Source: Candidatus Bathyarchaeota archaeon (GTDB taxonomy: Archaea; Thermoproteota; Bathyarchaeia; Bathyarchaeales; Bathycorpusculaceae). From it: a stretch of DNA of 64,000 bases. Below are positions 10,991-20,924 of the stretch, one piece after another. Position 1 is the first letter of the stretch, and the number at the start of each line of letters is the position of its first letter. Position numbers and translations under genes: made by a program. Below the pieces are notes generated by a model. That model was not told the DNA's origin and did no database searches. It saw only the letters and a list, made by a program, of their open reading frames with translations. Location of the stretch: positions 1 through 64,000 of the forward strand of contig CAVYXJ010000001.1 of NCBI GenBank assembly GCA_963772455.1. The letters run 5' to 3'.

Positions 10991-11203
10991 ATGAAATTCA
11001 GTGTTGTTGTAGAAAAAGATGAAGACGGCTACTACGTTGCTTCGGTTCCAGAGTTACCTGGCTGCCATACCCAAGCAAAAACCATTGATGAGGTTATGAA
11101 AAGAATCAAAGAAGCAATTCAAGCATGTTTAGAGGTTGAGGGACTAAAAAGCAAGGGACGCACTGAGCTTGTCGGCGTTCAATTCGTTGAGGTCCAATCC
11201 TGA
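10991..11203 (+). CDS. hicB: HicB-like antitoxin
   Basis: VVEKDEDGYYVASVPELPGCHTQAKT..E...IKEAI. Confidence 0.9.
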   Translation: MKFSVVVEKDEDGYYVASVPELPGCHTQAKTIDEVMKRIKEAIQACLEVEGLKSKGRTELVGVQFVEVQS

Positions 11204-11283
11204 TGAGTCTGAAACCTTAATCTGCTCAAAAAATAATTAAAGATACAGGATTATCCAAAGAAGAATTTTTATCGGGGCTTTAA
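11203..11283 (+). pseudogene. hicA: HicA toxin remnant with a nonsense codon and a large internal deletion
   Basis: Overlaps the hicB stop (TGATG). Reads MSLKP*SAQKIIKDTGLSKEEFLSGL*, i.e. HicA-like N- and C-termini with the GSH core missing. Confidence 0.75.
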
Positions 11284-11305
11284 TAACAATCACCTAATTG
11301 GGACA

Positions 11306-11330
11306 GCGGGTTCAAACCCCGTCCGGTCCA
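11306..11330 (+). repeat. tRNA-Ala 3' end copy #2
   Basis: gcgggttcaaaccccgtccggtcca, 2 mismatches in 25 bp to the tRNA end. Confidence 0.9.
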
Positions 11331-11597
11331 TAAAGAGCACTGACCCAACTGGATTGTCTTTTAAAGAATCTGCTGACAGAAGTAAGTTAAAGGTGACGTG
11401 ACCCATTTTTTATCTTTGCTGCCAATCCTTTTTTCCTTTATTTTTTGTCTGGTTTTCTTTCTTAGTTTCATTCTTTGCTTTGTTTTTTGCTTTATTTTTT
11501 ATTTTAATTAACTCTCCTACAATAACATACAGTCTTTAACCCTTATCCGTTTTGCCTTCCCGCCTCCATTAACCCTAAACAGTCTTTGAATAAATTT

Positions 11598-11624
11598 CGG
11601 TTCAAATCCCACCTGGTTCCACCA
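11598..11624 (+). repeat. Degenerate tRNA 3' end copy #3
   Basis: cggttcaaatcccacctggttccacca: T-loop plus acceptor-like strand ending in ACCA. Confidence 0.7.
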
Positions 11625-11814
11625 AAAATTTTGCCTTAAATATTAATCCGAAATTTTGGTAGATGCTTGCATTTTTCTAGTATTAGAAGAAGACAGAGAG
11701 CCTATATTCATCATCTACCAGCACAAAACGGTGAAGACTATTCTCTTGTCTCCGCTTGGTTTGGTTTGCAGGTCGGTTGTGGCGGATTCCTCAATCAGAA
11801 TAAGCAATTACAGT

Positions 11815-13638
11815 TTATGGATTAAGACTTTTCTTTTCTCTCATTAGCAATTTAAGAACAACGGTAACGGTAGTCAGAATTGCAAATGCAATTGCCAAGC
11901 CAAAGATTACTGACTGAAAAGTTATCTCTCCCTGGGCTCCGTTGCTTTGTTTGGTCGGTTGGGGTGTCGCGTTAGCATCGTGTTTAAAATCTATAAGAAT
12001 CTGGTGCGTGCTGAAGTGGACGGTGTACCAGACATAATAATTGTAGGCGTCTTGGGTGTAGCCTTGCTCTGGAACTACTATTTTGTCTACATAGATTACT
12101 GGTGTTGTTGCTTGGGGTATTCGGCTTTTTGAAATCGTTATATTGCTAAAACCAAACGTTCCGCTTTCTCCTGTAACTGTGAAGGAGATTTTGGTTGTGT
12201 TTTGATTAGTCACCCAATTAGCATCGGATATTTGTGAGCTAGTAATGTTTCCTGTGATCTCAAACCCAAATGTTATTGGAGTTGTGGTCGGCGTTGATTT
12301 TGGAAAGGGTTGAGTAACAGAGGTTGGTGTAGGCGAAGCAATTGGCGTTGGCAAAAAAGTGGTCGTTGGACCGGGTGTGGCAGGAGGCTTTGCTGTTGGG
12401 TTGGGTCCATAGGAAAGGTCTGCGCCACCGATGGCGTATATGCTGCCGTCATCTGATCCCACGTAGACTTTGCCGTCGGCGACTGATGGAGAGGACATAA
12501 TTCCGCTGCCAGTCATGTACTTCCAGACCTCGCTTCCAGTTTCGGCATTTAATGCATAGATGTACCTGTCGTTTCCAGTTAGGAAGACTAAGTTGCCTGC
12601 TAGTACAACCTGTCCGTTAACCCAACAGTCCATATTGTAAGTCCAGATTTTCGTGCCCGCAAATTGATCAAAGGCATAAATGTTGCATTTACTTGAATTG
12701 TTGTCGCTGGTTGCCCCAAAGTAGACTTTTCCGTTTGCTATTGCTGCGGAAGTTACGTGGCCATTTGCTGAGTAACCGTTTCCAACGCGGATCCAAATTT
12801 TTGTTCCGTTGCTCCATATAACCGTTCCAGTCGCCTCGTCTAGTGCATATTGGTAGCCGTTGTCATAGCCTACAAATACCATGCCATCTTCAATGGTGGG
12901 TGAGGTACATGGTGATGAATAGAATTGATTTTTGGCGCTAAATTTCCAAACTAATGAGCCAGTCGAAGCATCTAATGCATAAACGCTCCCATTTATTGCC
13001 CAATTGTTAGTCGTATAGCTAGCGATTATAAGGTTGTTGTCGAAGGCGGGAGCGTAGGTAATAGTGCCGTTTGTGGGGAAGTTCCAGATTTTAGAGCCTG
13101 TTGAGGCGTTAAGTGCATAAAGGTTTGTATCCTCGCCCGTATAGACTACGCCATTAATTACGACTGGGGATGAGTATCCTCCAAAATACGGTGTAGCGAA
13201 ATTCCAAATGAACCCGCCGTTTGATGCGTTTAGAGCGCAAAAACCGCCCACGTAACCTACATACAATATACCGTCAACTACAGCGGGTGATGAGGTTATT
13301 GTTCCGGTTGTATGGCGCCACAATAATGTGCCTGTGGTGACGTTTAATGCATACATTGATCCATGTTGGTCGGAACCAGCGTAAAGTATGCCGTTGGTTA
13401 TTGTTGGTGCATTCCAGAAAGTGTCATTTGTTGTGTATTTCCAAAGGGTTTGATTACCCAGCGGACCTGGAGATAGGGAATATCCTGAATGCTTCGGGTT
13501 GTTTTGGTACATGGGCCAAGAATAGGCATCTGAATTGTTTGAGTCTACACCTAATACCGATTGAATTGGTGATGCTAACGCAAAACATATAGAGGCAACT
13601 ACAAAAACCGCCAAAAAAACTCTGAGATTTTTTTGCAT
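11815..13638 (-). CDS. Secreted PQQ-like beta-propeller repeat protein with P/T linker and C-terminal membrane anchor
   Basis: Signal peptide; WPMYQNNPKHSG; repeated YALNAxTGxxxW and SSPxVxxGxVYVG; HFSTH domain; C-terminal TM segment followed by basic residues. Confidence 0.9.
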   Translation of the reverse strand: MQKNLRVFLAVFVVASICFALASPIQSVLGVDSNNSDAYSWPMYQNNPKHSGYSLSPGPLGNQTLWKYTTNDTFWNAPTITNGILYAGSDQHGSMYALNVTTGTLLWRHTTGTITSSPAVVDGILYVGYVGGFCALNASNGGFIWNFATPYFGGYSSPVVINGVVYTGEDTNLYALNASTGSKIWNFPTNGTITYAPAFDNNLIIASYTTNNWAINGSVYALDASTGSLVWKFSAKNQFYSSPCTSPTIEDGMVFVGYDNGYQYALDEATGTVIWSNGTKIWIRVGNGYSANGHVTSAAIANGKVYFGATSDNNSSKCNIYAFDQFAGTKIWTYNMDCWVNGQVVLAGNLVFLTGNDRYIYALNAETGSEVWKYMTGSGIMSSPSVADGKVYVGSDDGSIYAIGGADLSYGPNPTAKPPATPGPTTTFLPTPIASPTPTSVTQPFPKSTPTTTPITFGFEITGNITSSQISDANWVTNQNTTKISFTVTGESGTFGFSNITISKSRIPQATTPVIYVDKIVVPEQGYTQDAYNYYVWYTVHFSTHQILIDFKHDANATPQPTKQSNGAQGEITFQSVIFGLAIAFAILTTVTVVLKLLMREKKSLNP

Positions 13639-13850
13639 TTTTGTCGCCCAAACAAACGCTGCTATACAATTAAGAGCTGAAGTACGCTATTATAATTTAC
13701 GGAAATACGAGTTAGCGATTTAGTGTCGATTAAAGGCAGATTCTACAAATATAGTTAATAAAACTGGGATTTAACCTAAAAAGAATCAATGAACGTATCA
13801 AAAGAGGATGCATGACTCGATACAAGGTCCATTTTCCGTGTTAAAAACTT

Positions 13851-13871
13851 GGAAGCCGCGGTTCAAATTCC
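13851..13871 (+). repeat. Degenerate tRNA-Ala variable-loop/T-arm copy #4
   Basis: ggaagccgcggttcaaattcc versus tRNA ggaagccgcgggttcaaatccc. Confidence 0.65.
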
Positions 13872-14430
13872 AAGCTGTTTTTGTTGTAATTTCTTTATGG
13901 TAACTTTTTGCTTTCTCTGTTATGAATGAACTTCAAGTTATGTTATTTTTGTGGAAGTTGTTATTCGAAGTGAATTTTTTAGGTGAATATCAACTTCTTT
14001 TTTGGGCTTTAGTATAACCAAGTTTTGCGCTGAAAAAATAAGTATTTGTTAGAAGAAGAAGAGTGAAAAATTTGTTTTCTTCTACCTTTAAGATTTTTGG
14101 GCGGGTGCTTATTTTGGAAGGCCAAGTGGGTTTGCTGTATTTTATCTAAGAATGGGATTGGTTTAATTATTTTGTGTTTGTCTGTTGTACAGTTGCCTTT
14201 TTGATTGCTAGGTCTTTTTAGTTTTTCTTTTATTACATGTTTTTTTGGCTTAAGGGTGTTGTTTTATGTTGTTTTTGCTTTAGATTGTTTGTTTTGTTTT
14301 GTTTTTGTATGCTTTAGGTATGTGCTAAGGTTTATATCGTCTTTCTTGTATATTCTGACTTGTGAAGCAATAGGTCTGCTTGCGGACATATTGTACACTT
14401 GTAGAACAAAAATGCAGAAGCTGAAAAAAG

Positions 14431-14820
14431 ATGACCAACAACAAAGAAATACAAAACAAACTAACAAAAAACTTACTCGACCTAATAATCCTGCAAATCA
14501 TAGAAGACCATCCAATGCACGGATACGAATTAATGGTAACAATACGAAAGAGCTTTGGCGTCAGCTTTGGAGCAAGCACAATATATCCCCTGCTAAATAC
14601 AATGAAAAAGAAAAAATACCTAAAGTTTTTCTGGGATATGGATAGTGAAAGGCCAAGGAAAATATATGAATTGACCTCTGATGGAAAAGCCATGCTTGAT
14701 TATACTGCTGGGGCGCTTGGGGCAATCTGTAAGACATTTGGGAAAAACACTTTGCAGACAGCTAATGAAGATTCCAGAGGAATAGAATTCAACGTTGCGT
14801 TCGGTCTGAAAAGAGATTAA
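14431..14820 (+). CDS. PadR-family transcriptional regulator
   Basis: LDLIILQII..PMHGYEL, STIYPLL and RPRKIYELTSDGK. Confidence 0.9.
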   Translation: MTNNKEIQNKLTKNLLDLIILQIIEDHPMHGYELMVTIRKSFGVSFGASTIYPLLNTMKKKKYLKFFWDMDSERPRKIYELTSDGKAMLDYTAGALGAICKTFGKNTLQTANEDSRGIEFNVAFGLKRD

Positions 14821-15182
14821 TTTGAACAATAAGCAAAGTTTTTTAATTGTTAACGCAACCGATTTTAGTAAGATGCGATAACCGATTGCTTGTGAGATAA
14901 TCGGCCTCAAGCTTTTCTTCTCTATTAATTGGTCTAAATTTTTTCGTATGCTTTTTTCCTAGCTTCTGCATGTGTAACATAAATCGTTTTTCTGGTGTTG
15001 TCAACGTAAAATATTATTCTATATTTCCCCGCTCTAAAATAAAATAGTTTTTTTCATTTAACAGTTTGAGACTTTACATTTTTCAAAAGTGGAATATCTC
15101 AGTTCAGGATGGTTTAGGCACTATTATTTGATCTATCTTTAGACAAAAAAGATTTATTAGAAAATTAAAAAATAGAAAGTTT

Positions 15183-15473
15183 TTAGAAAAGAAGAGGATG
15201 ATGCCTAGCTTCTTCTTTCATTGGAAATACTTGTTCTATTTCTCTAAAGTATTTCAAAACTCTAATGCCTTTTGAAGTTGCGGAGTAGACTATTCTTTCT
15301 TTTCTTAAGATTTTTTCTTCAACTAAACCGTTCTTGATCAAGAACTCTAACTGTTCTTTTAGAACTTTGCAATTAACGTTTGATTTATACATTATATGCG
15401 TTAGTTTTAGTTGACCTTTAAGCGCTAATACGTTGAGTATATCTATGTAGATTTCAAGTTTAGAGCGTCTCAT
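15183..15473 (-). CDS. Archaeal winged-helix protein (MRRSKLEI type)
   Basis: RRSKLEIYIDIL, THIMYKSNVN, L..NGLV and Y..TSKG. Confidence 0.85.
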   Translation of the reverse strand: MRRSKLEIYIDILNVLALKGQLKLTHIMYKSNVNCKVLKEQLEFLIKNGLVEEKILRKERIVYSATSKGIRVLKYFREIEQVFPMKEEARHHPLLF

Positions 15474-15688
15474 TGGGGAACTGCCACTCCAAGTTCTACA
15501 TAATATTCAAAGTTTGATGTAGCTTGTTTAACTACTTTTACTCTATTTTGGAATGCTGTTACCAAGTCGTCAACAAGGATCTCTTGCATTCCGGCTGGCA
15601 AAGTTTTGATTTCATCGTTTAATGCTTCAGCCATTTTGCTTTTGAGTTCTTTCCTATTTGTATTGTTTGTTTTTTTCATGCGAGTCAT
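15470..15688 (-). CDS. Small hypothetical protein translationally coupled to the wHTH gene
   Basis: 72 aa ORF with a 4-bp ATGA overlap; TATA-like element at about 15720-15727. Confidence 0.7.
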   Translation of the reverse strand: MTRMKKTNNTNRKELKSKMAEALNDEIKTLPAGMQEILVDDLVTAFQNRVKVVKQATSNFEYYVELGVAVPQ

Positions 15689-16131
15689 CCCAGTTTTTCG
15701 AACTAAATATCAGTCAGAGTATATAATACGCTTATGAATTCAGAATCTATATTGGCTTTGTTTGTAAGCTGTTGAAATTAAAAGAAGTAATGTTTTCCGT
15801 TTTCTATGATTTGATTTAATTTTCGTATCCTTTTAATGAAAGTTGTCTTCTTTCGTAAAATCCTCTTACGTTTTTGATTTTTTGTTTTAAGATTTATGCT
15901 AAGAAATATTATTCACAATAATTCAATTAGAACTTGTGTTAATTTTCTTTGAAGCGTATGTTTTTTTATTTTTTGATGTCTAATTAAGGCTAGGTGCTTT
16001 TCTTTTTGGAGCTTTTTCTCTCTTTTTAATATTTGTTTTTTTAATTTTTAAATAGTTAGCGATATCTCCACATATTAACAAATTCTTTATACTAATAGAT
16101 TCGATACACGGCTGGAAGTAGAATTAATTAA

Positions 16132-16305
16132 ATGCCAGAAACAAAAGCAATATTTGTCAATGAAGAAACAGTACGATTTCTAAATTATTTAATATTATAT
16201 AAAGAAATCATCAACAAAAGCGAAAACAATAGTTCAAATATTCTAATTAACGATGCGAATGTTGCTGAGATACTTCCAGATCCTGAAAGATTAGCTCTAA
16301 AATAA
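16132..16305 (+). CDS. Small hypothetical protein (57 aa, not in the ORF track)
   Basis: ATG..TAA frame MPETKAIFVNEETVRFLNYLILYKEII...PDPERLALK open through very AT-rich DNA. Confidence 0.4.
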   Translation: MPETKAIFVNEETVRFLNYLILYKEIINKSENNSSNILINDANVAEILPDPERLALK

Positions 16306-16361
16306 TTTTCTGGGAAAAATTTCTGAGTTGGTCTTCAAAAGTTATAAAAAGGAAAAAAAAA

Positions 16362-18554
16362 TTAATATTTGTTTTGGCTGCCCATTTGTTTTCTTAGCTT
16401 TTGCAGATTCTTTGTGTTAGCTGACTTTCTACGCTTTACTAAGAGCACGAAAACGACTGCTACTACCGCGGATGCAACAATTATCACAGCTACAACAACT
16501 ATTAGGTTGTTAGCGTTTGGATTGCTTACTGTGTTGGCTGCTAAAGGAATAGTAAGTGTTAATGGTTGACCATTATAATCTAAGGTTTCATTGGTCTCTA
16601 GGTATCCTTGTTTAATTATTTTGAATGTATAAATTCCAGCTGTTGCATTTTCGAATGAAACATAGCCTGTTGCATTTGAGATTTGAAGTAATGTTTGCGA
16701 GCCATATGGTTGGACCAATGAGGTTACTATTGTGTCGTTGAGGGGGGTTCCATTATCATCTGTTATTTTGAACGTTAGAGTAGGTAAAGTTGCGATTGGT
16801 GTTAGTGTTGCAGTAGACGTGGCGGTTGGTGTTGGGGTCGGTGTTGGGGATGTAATTGGAGTTGGAGTCGGAGTTGCAGTGGGAGCTGGGCCTGGTGAAA
16901 CCGTTATCTGAGTTGTTCCTTGTGCACTCAAATAGCCAGTTCTTGAGCCGCTTGCTGTTATTGTGCAGCTGGTTGTTATTGTGAAACTTGGGGCGGTAAA
17001 ACTTACGTTATAGTAACCGTTTCCCTGCTCTATTATTGTTCCAAAGGACCCACCGTTATTGGAGGCAAAACTTACGATCGCCCCCGTTATTGGGGATGAG
17101 TTATCATTGACGTACGCTGTTATTGACGTTGTATAAGCGTTGGTGACGTTGTTTGGGTTTGCTGTTAGCGTTATTTGCAGAGGTGAGTAATCAATGAGCC
17201 TGGTTACTATCGAAGTCTGTCCTGTGGTGTAACCTGAGGCTTGGGCTGTAATCGCTGTTGTTCCTGGAGAGTTTGTTACTGTCAAGTTTCCTGTGGCTTG
17301 TGTTTTCCCAAAAGGAATTGTTAGAGTTGAGCTAACAACACCGATTGTTGGTTGTGAGGAAAAGAGGTTTATGTTAACGTCAGTTTGTGGGTCTTTTGCT
17401 GGTCGACCCTGAGCATCCTGTAGTTGTACTTGGATTGCTTGGTAGGTCTTGTTGTCTGATGGTAGGTTAGTTGGAATGCAGTATATTCCGATTTTTGAGG
17501 GAATGAAGCCAAATGTGCTTATGGATTGGTGGTCCCACTGAAGGTCTGTGGCAACTGCAGTTAGTGTTGCTGAGCCTGCTTTGTAAGTGGTGTTCAGTGT
17601 AGCTAAAGCATATGGTTGCATGTGTGGAATAGTTATTGGGTCTGTTTTACAGATGGTTTGATCGTTGGACGTTAAGGTGACTATTTTATCTGTTGGATTT
17701 ACAGCAACATAACCAGTTGCATTTTGCAGTTCCACTGCAATTTGGGTGTATGAGTTTTGGTCAGCTGGAACTTTTGTGGGGCCTATAAATATTTTAAGTT
17801 GAGTGGGGTTCGTTGCGATGGGTGTGGTTGTTATAGTTAATTGGCTTGGAGTATATCCTTGTGCTACTACAGTAATGGTTGCTAATTTTACTGTCGCCTC
17901 TGTCTGTGCTTTTGTTGTTGTAGTGAAATCAGCAATCGTACATGTTTGGCCTTCAGGGATAGTTGCGGTTGAGGGAACTGTTCCAACGCTTGTGTCTGAG
18001 CATAATAAGGTAACTTGAATGCCACCTTGAGGGGCTCTTGCGGGGTCACCGTTTGAATCCTGAAGTTGCAGCATTATTGCTGCGTATGTATTGCCATCTG
18101 CTGGTAGAGTAGATGGAAATCCGTAGGCTATTATCGCTGAGGGGATTGGACCAACAGTGGTCATAGTTGCTTGTACAGTAGCATAGCCTGAGGCAGTAGC
18201 TGAAATTGATGTTGTTCCTGGGCTAAATGTTGTGTTAAAGTGTGCTGAAGCATAAGTGGCTCCTTTAAGAATTTTAATAGATGAATCTACAGTTCCTATG
18301 TTGGTTAACGAGGATGAAAGGCTAATAGTTGTGTCTAGTAATGCTCTAACTGGCTGTTCATATGAATCAAGCAATTGTACAAAAATACAGTTGTATGTAT
18401 CATTATCTGCAAGTACGCTTGTTGGCCCCGTGTAAATATTGAGTTTGGAGGGGTCACTTGTAGCTGCAAATGAACTATTAGTTTGATTTAATATGACTAA
18501 TGTAGATGTTAAAACTAAAAATATTATTGCAAAGGCTTCTGTTTTTTTGATCAT
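16362..18554 (-). CDS. Cell-surface protein with four repeated Ig/invasin-like domains, PT linker and C-terminal anchor
   Basis: Signal peptide; about 4 repeats of P..LPAD..TY..I.VQLQD..G.P...S....G.V; PT-rich stalk; TM followed by KRRK. Confidence 0.85.
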   Translation of the reverse strand: MIKKTEAFAIIFLVLTSTLVILNQTNSSFAATSDPSKLNIYTGPTSVLADNDTYNCIFVQLLDSYEQPVRALLDTTISLSSSLTNIGTVDSSIKILKGATYASAHFNTTFSPGTTSISATASGYATVQATMTTVGPIPSAIIAYGFPSTLPADGNTYAAIMLQLQDSNGDPARAPQGGIQVTLLCSDTSVGTVPSTATIPEGQTCTIADFTTTTKAQTEATVKLATITVVAQGYTPSQLTITTTPIATNPTQLKIFIGPTKVPADQNSYTQIAVELQNATGYVAVNPTDKIVTLTSNDQTICKTDPITIPHMQPYALATLNTTYKAGSATLTAVATDLQWDHQSISTFGFIPSKIGIYCIPTNLPSDNKTYQAIQVQLQDAQGRPAKDPQTDVNINLFSSQPTIGVVSSTLTIPFGKTQATGNLTVTNSPGTTAITAQASGYTTGQTSIVTRLIDYSPLQITLTANPNNVTNAYTTSITAYVNDNSSPITGAIVSFASNNGGSFGTIIEQGNGYYNVSFTAPSFTITTSCTITASGSRTGYLSAQGTTQITVSPGPAPTATPTPTPITSPTPTPTPTATSTATLTPIATLPTLTFKITDDNGTPLNDTIVTSLVQPYGSQTLLQISNATGYVSFENATAGIYTFKIIKQGYLETNETLDYNGQPLTLTIPLAANTVSNPNANNLIVVVAVIIVASAVVAVVFVLLVKRRKSANTKNLQKLRKQMGSQNKY

Positions 18555-18555
18555 T

Positions 18556-18948
18556 TCATTTCCTCATGGTCTTCTCATTATTGTTAATTTGATTTTTTCC
18601 ATTATGAGATTTGGATTTTTTTTCTTGATGTTTAGAAACCTCGCAAAGAGCGCAAGTAACGTCAGAAAGTTCTAAATGACAATGAAGAAATGCTGACTCT
18701 TTGCAATATTTGACTCGGCAATTTGTGGCAATTGGAATTTTCCCATTTGCCTCGTTTAGAAGAACAAAAAAGCTGCATTGACCATTTTTGGCATATCCAC
18801 ATTGGGCTTTTTTTAGTTCTCCAAAAAATGTAAGGTTTGCTAATATCTCCAAAATCGTCAAAACTTCTTCGTTTTTTTGTCGTTCAATTTTATCAATGCG
18901 TCTATGCAATTCTTCGATTTCTATGGTCATTGGGAGTTTGACATCCAT
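18556..18948 (-). CDS. Hypothetical protein with an N-terminal coiled coil and a Cys-rich domain
   Basis: Seven Cys including CRVKYC and CALC; stops 1 bp before the surface-protein start. Confidence 0.7.
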   Translation of the reverse strand: MDVKLPMTIEIEELHRRIDKIERQKNEEVLTILEILANLTFFGELKKAQCGYAKNGQCSFFVLLNEANGKIPIATNCRVKYCKESAFLHCHLELSDVTCALCEVSKHQEKKSKSHNGKNQINNNEKTMRK

Positions 18949-19088
18949 GGTTCCATTGAGGTAGTTTGCTTATATACTGAGTTAAGGCGTCAATTCTCTT
19001 GAAAATCACGAAAGTTATGCGAATTTTGTCAATTAAGCGGTTTTTTCAAGAATTCTGCTGCTTGTTACGAATTAAAAAAATTAGCTAC

Positions 19089-19895
19089 CTACGATATGAT
19101 AAGAATATTGGAGGTTTTATTATAGCAAAGTGCCATTGGAATTGGTTTTGGTCTCGATCTAGCTGCCATTAATCTTCTGATTCTTACTTCGTTTGCATAA
19201 ACCGTTCTCTCAGAAATACCGAATATTTTACCGATTTCTTCTTTAGATATCTTCGTTTTCTTCTTACAGACAAAATAAAGGACTCCTGCTGCAACTCCTA
19301 TGGGATTTCCACCTGATCCTTTAATATGTAACAATGTTTTTTCTGCATCCGAGAATATTTCTCTGCTAAGAGTTATTTTTCGGCCTTTTTCATGCAAATA
19401 ATCCGCGGATGTTTTACGTTGAATTTTTATTTGGTTTCTTTCTTGGCTTAATGTCTTGTTTAGAATCCAAGTTTGCTTCAAAACTAATTTACTATCAAGT
19501 CTAAGCTCTTTTGATATTTCTTTTATTGGTCTTACTTTGTCGTATTCCTTAAGAACTAAGTGCATTAATGCTGCTACAGTGGCCCTTTTGTTTTTGGAGA
19601 GTTTATGTGATTTGGCCAAACAATGGTTTTGTTCTCTTATTGTTCGAGCCGCTTCTTCTCTGTAAGGAAAATTTGGGATTCTTAATTGACAAGAGACTGC
19701 TCTAAGGGTAGTTAACCATTCTTTGAGTGTTTCAGAGTCTTCTTCATTCCAGTTTGAAAACCATTCAGGCGCCCATTGTGTGAAGTTATTGAGAGACGGT
19801 GTACTCTCTACAACTAGTCCGCATTTGGCGCATATTTTTTCCCCGTGTAAGCCTTCGGGATAGACTATTGTACCTTCGCAATTGTTGCACTTCAC
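19089..19895 (-). CDS. Divergent transcription factor B (TFB/TFIIB) paralog
   Basis: N-terminal Zn ribbon CNNC...GEKICAKCGLVV; PEW; two cyclin-like repeats (VAALMHL..KE...RPIKEIS and GGNPIGVAAGVLY); terminal HTH-like SKEEIGKIFGISERTV. Confidence 0.82.
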   Translation of the reverse strand: MKCNNCEGTIVYPEGLHGEKICAKCGLVVESTPSLNNFTQWAPEWFSNWNEEDSETLKEWLTTLRAVSCQLRIPNFPYREEAARTIREQNHCLAKSHKLSKNKRATVAALMHLVLKEYDKVRPIKEISKELRLDSKLVLKQTWILNKTLSQERNQIKIQRKTSADYLHEKGRKITLSREIFSDAEKTLLHIKGSGGNPIGVAAGVLYFVCKKKTKISKEEIGKIFGISERTVYANEVRIRRLMAARSRPKPIPMALCYNKTSNILIIS

Positions 19896-20255
19896 TCTAA
19901 TCTTTCTCCAATTGTCGAATCTGCTTTATGATTGCTATTTTTAGCGATTGCTAACACTGTCAATGATTTGCTTAATAACAGTTGAGAACTCAGAATTCAT
20001 ATTTTTTAGATATATTTTATAGTTTATTTCGCATTAAATAACAAAAAATATTGAATTATTATTGTTTAATCTATTTTTATAGAAATATTGGAATTTGAAT
20101 TAATTGGGGGGAGAAATATTCGGAGTTTCTACTTCTTATGTTAAAAGGAGCTAATCTTTTCTCTTCTATCTTATTGACCCCTCAACCTCAGAAATATATT
20201 TTTTTCAAAGCGGTAAAAAAACCGAATAGATTCCAAATACTTAGCGATAGTTAAC

Positions 20256-20275
20256 AGGGTTTATAAGCAAACCCT
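20256..20275 (+). promoter_or_regulatory. TATA box (TTTATAA) of the major pilin gene embedded in a 7-bp inverted repeat
   Basis: AGGGTTT-ataagc-AAACCCT; GGAGGAGG Shine-Dalgarno-like sequence at 20304-20311. Confidence 0.55.
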
Positions 20276-20310
20276 TGGAATAAAATTCTAAATAGAAAAT
20301 TTCGGAGGAG

Positions 20311-20760
20311 GTGCAAAGAAAAAAAATGAATTACAAACAATTTATGAAAAACAGAAAAGCAATTTCGCCAATATTTGCAACTCTTATCCTAATCGCAATT
20401 GCAGTTATCGCCGGTGTAGTCGTTTACACATTCACTAGCGGAACATTAGCAACTATGACTGGAGGCGGAACAGTAGCACAAGAACGCGCTACAGTGCAGG
20501 CTTCATCACGCACTACAACAGGTGCTATCGTTTATGCCCAATATATGTCTGGAGGAAATGCTATCAGCATAAATGGTGCGATTTTCAATGATGCATCAGG
20601 TGCAACTGTACCAGGCGTTCTTACCACTACAACGTTACCAACTACTGGAGCATTAACACCTATTACTATCACAGGAACATTAGTAGCAGGACACACATAT
20701 ACGATCACGTTGACAAGTACAAAAGGTGGTAGCTTCGTGTCACCTAGTTTCGTCGCTTAA
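20311..20760 (+). CDS. Type IV pilin, probable major subunit
   Basis: Class III signal RKA/ISPIFATLILIAIAVIAG; typical C-terminal YTITLTSTKGGSF; strong SD; real start probably ATG at 20326 or later. Confidence 0.9.
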   Translation: MQRKKMNYKQFMKNRKAISPIFATLILIAIAVIAGVVVYTFTSGTLATMTGGGTVAQERATVQASSRTTTGAIVYAQYMSGGNAISINGAIFNDASGATVPGVLTTTTLPTTGALTPITITGTLVAGHTYTITLTSTKGGSFVSPSFVA

Positions 20761-20924
20761 GTTATGAGGATTTTTCCTCTAATTATTTTTCATTTTCTTT
20801 ATTTGATATCTCGAAGATCTTTGTTTTTATTTTATCTTTCATATTCTCTGAAATATGTTAAATATTAATTTTAATTAAACCCTTAAAGTAAACGAAAATA
20901 ACTAAGCAACATTAATGTGGGAAA

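Noticed and set aside
10894-13871. tRNA fragments as split or permuted tRNA genes, or as a CRISPR array
   Set aside because: Only T-arm/acceptor 3' pieces, degenerate, with no visible complementary leaders or BHB motifs; spacing is irregular and gene-sized.
14205-14693. ORFs 14205-14645, 14264-14467 and 14325-14693
   Set aside because: Low-complexity T/G-rich or antisense frames overlapping the clear PadR gene.
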